The translations under genes were made by a program, and so were the position numbers. Below, one piece after another: positions 38,168-38,454 of a DNA stretch of 38,454 nt. Below the pieces are notes generated by a model. The model was not told the DNA's origin and did no database searches. It saw only the letters and a list, made by a program, of their open reading frames with translations. The DNA comes from an uncultured Clostridia bacterium (lineage in GTDB: Bacteria; Bacillota; Clostridia; Oscillospirales; Ruminococcaceae), in assembly GCA_946533615.1 (NCBI GenBank), contig CAMNBY010000320.1, positions 1-38,454 on the forward strand. Direction: 5' to 3'. Position 1 is the first letter of the stretch. Each line of letters starts with the position of its first letter.

Positions 38168-38454
38168 ATGGAACAGCGGTACAAAAGCATCGCCGTCGCC
38201 GTTGCGGGCGTTGACGAGGAATACCAGAACAACATAATAAAGGGCATCAACACCTACGCGCGGGAAAACGACGTGAACGTGTCGTATTTCGTCGCCTTCG
38301 GCGGAGTGCTGCAAAACAGCCGCTACGATGTCGGCGAGTACAATATCTTTTCGCTTGCGAACATGGAGCGCTTTGACGGGGCGATACTTATGACCAACAC
38401 CGTCTGCTCTCAGGAAATGCGCACGATGATCTACGACCGCGTGATCGCGGCGGG
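38168..38454 (+). CDS. 3'-truncated protein with LacI/PBP1-like sugar-sensing N-domain (often fused to GGDEF/EAL in these taxa)
   Basis: Manual translation MEQRYKSIAVAVAGVDEEYQNNIIKGI...GEYNIFSL..FDGAIL; GGGGAGG RBS; promoter TTGACT(38096)-17-TATAAT(38119). Confidence 0.75.
   Translation, partial: MEQRYKSIAVAVAGVDEEYQNNIIKGINTYARENDVNVSYFVAFGGVLQNSRYDVGEYNIFSLANMERFDGAILMTNTVCSQEMRTMIYDRVIAA

Noticed and set aside
1-38454. tRNA or rRNA genes, IS transposases
   Set aside because: None recognised; intergenic gaps are short and mostly explained by promoters and terminators

Overview
Window from a GC-rich Clostridia chromosome, Ruminococcus/Oscillospiraceae-like by gene content (inference). (1) 1-7857 is the right part of an AT-rich mobilisable island: MobC-like protein, MobV relaxase, then defence cargo (DUF2971 gene between twin hairpins, C5-MTase plus NotI/EagI-family REase, HNH remnant, ABC-ATPase-TOPRIM). 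It ends in a duplicated guaA-like 3' end (probable attR). (2) An LCP gene converges on a dlt-like operon (A-domain, PLP decarboxylase, ACP, MBOAT, SGNH). (3) Thiol-redox cluster with an OhrR-type operator, then a stand-alone xylA. (4) Most unusual, 20990-31363 on the minus strand: a membrane-anchored McrB-like AAA+ NTPase and an apparently nuclease-less DUF2357 (McrC-like) protein fused to a SipW signal peptidase lie in one operon with a second SipW, a membrane-tethered paralog of a TasA-like subunit and a degenerate EAL protein. A SipW-signal TasA-like gene and a VPTG pilin-like gene lie upstream. This looks like a restriction motor repurposed for surface-fibre biogenesis. (5) c-di-GMP enzymes, an acidic-repeat lipoprotein and a truncated sensor gene. 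All family calls come from motif recognition by eye; no searches were run.
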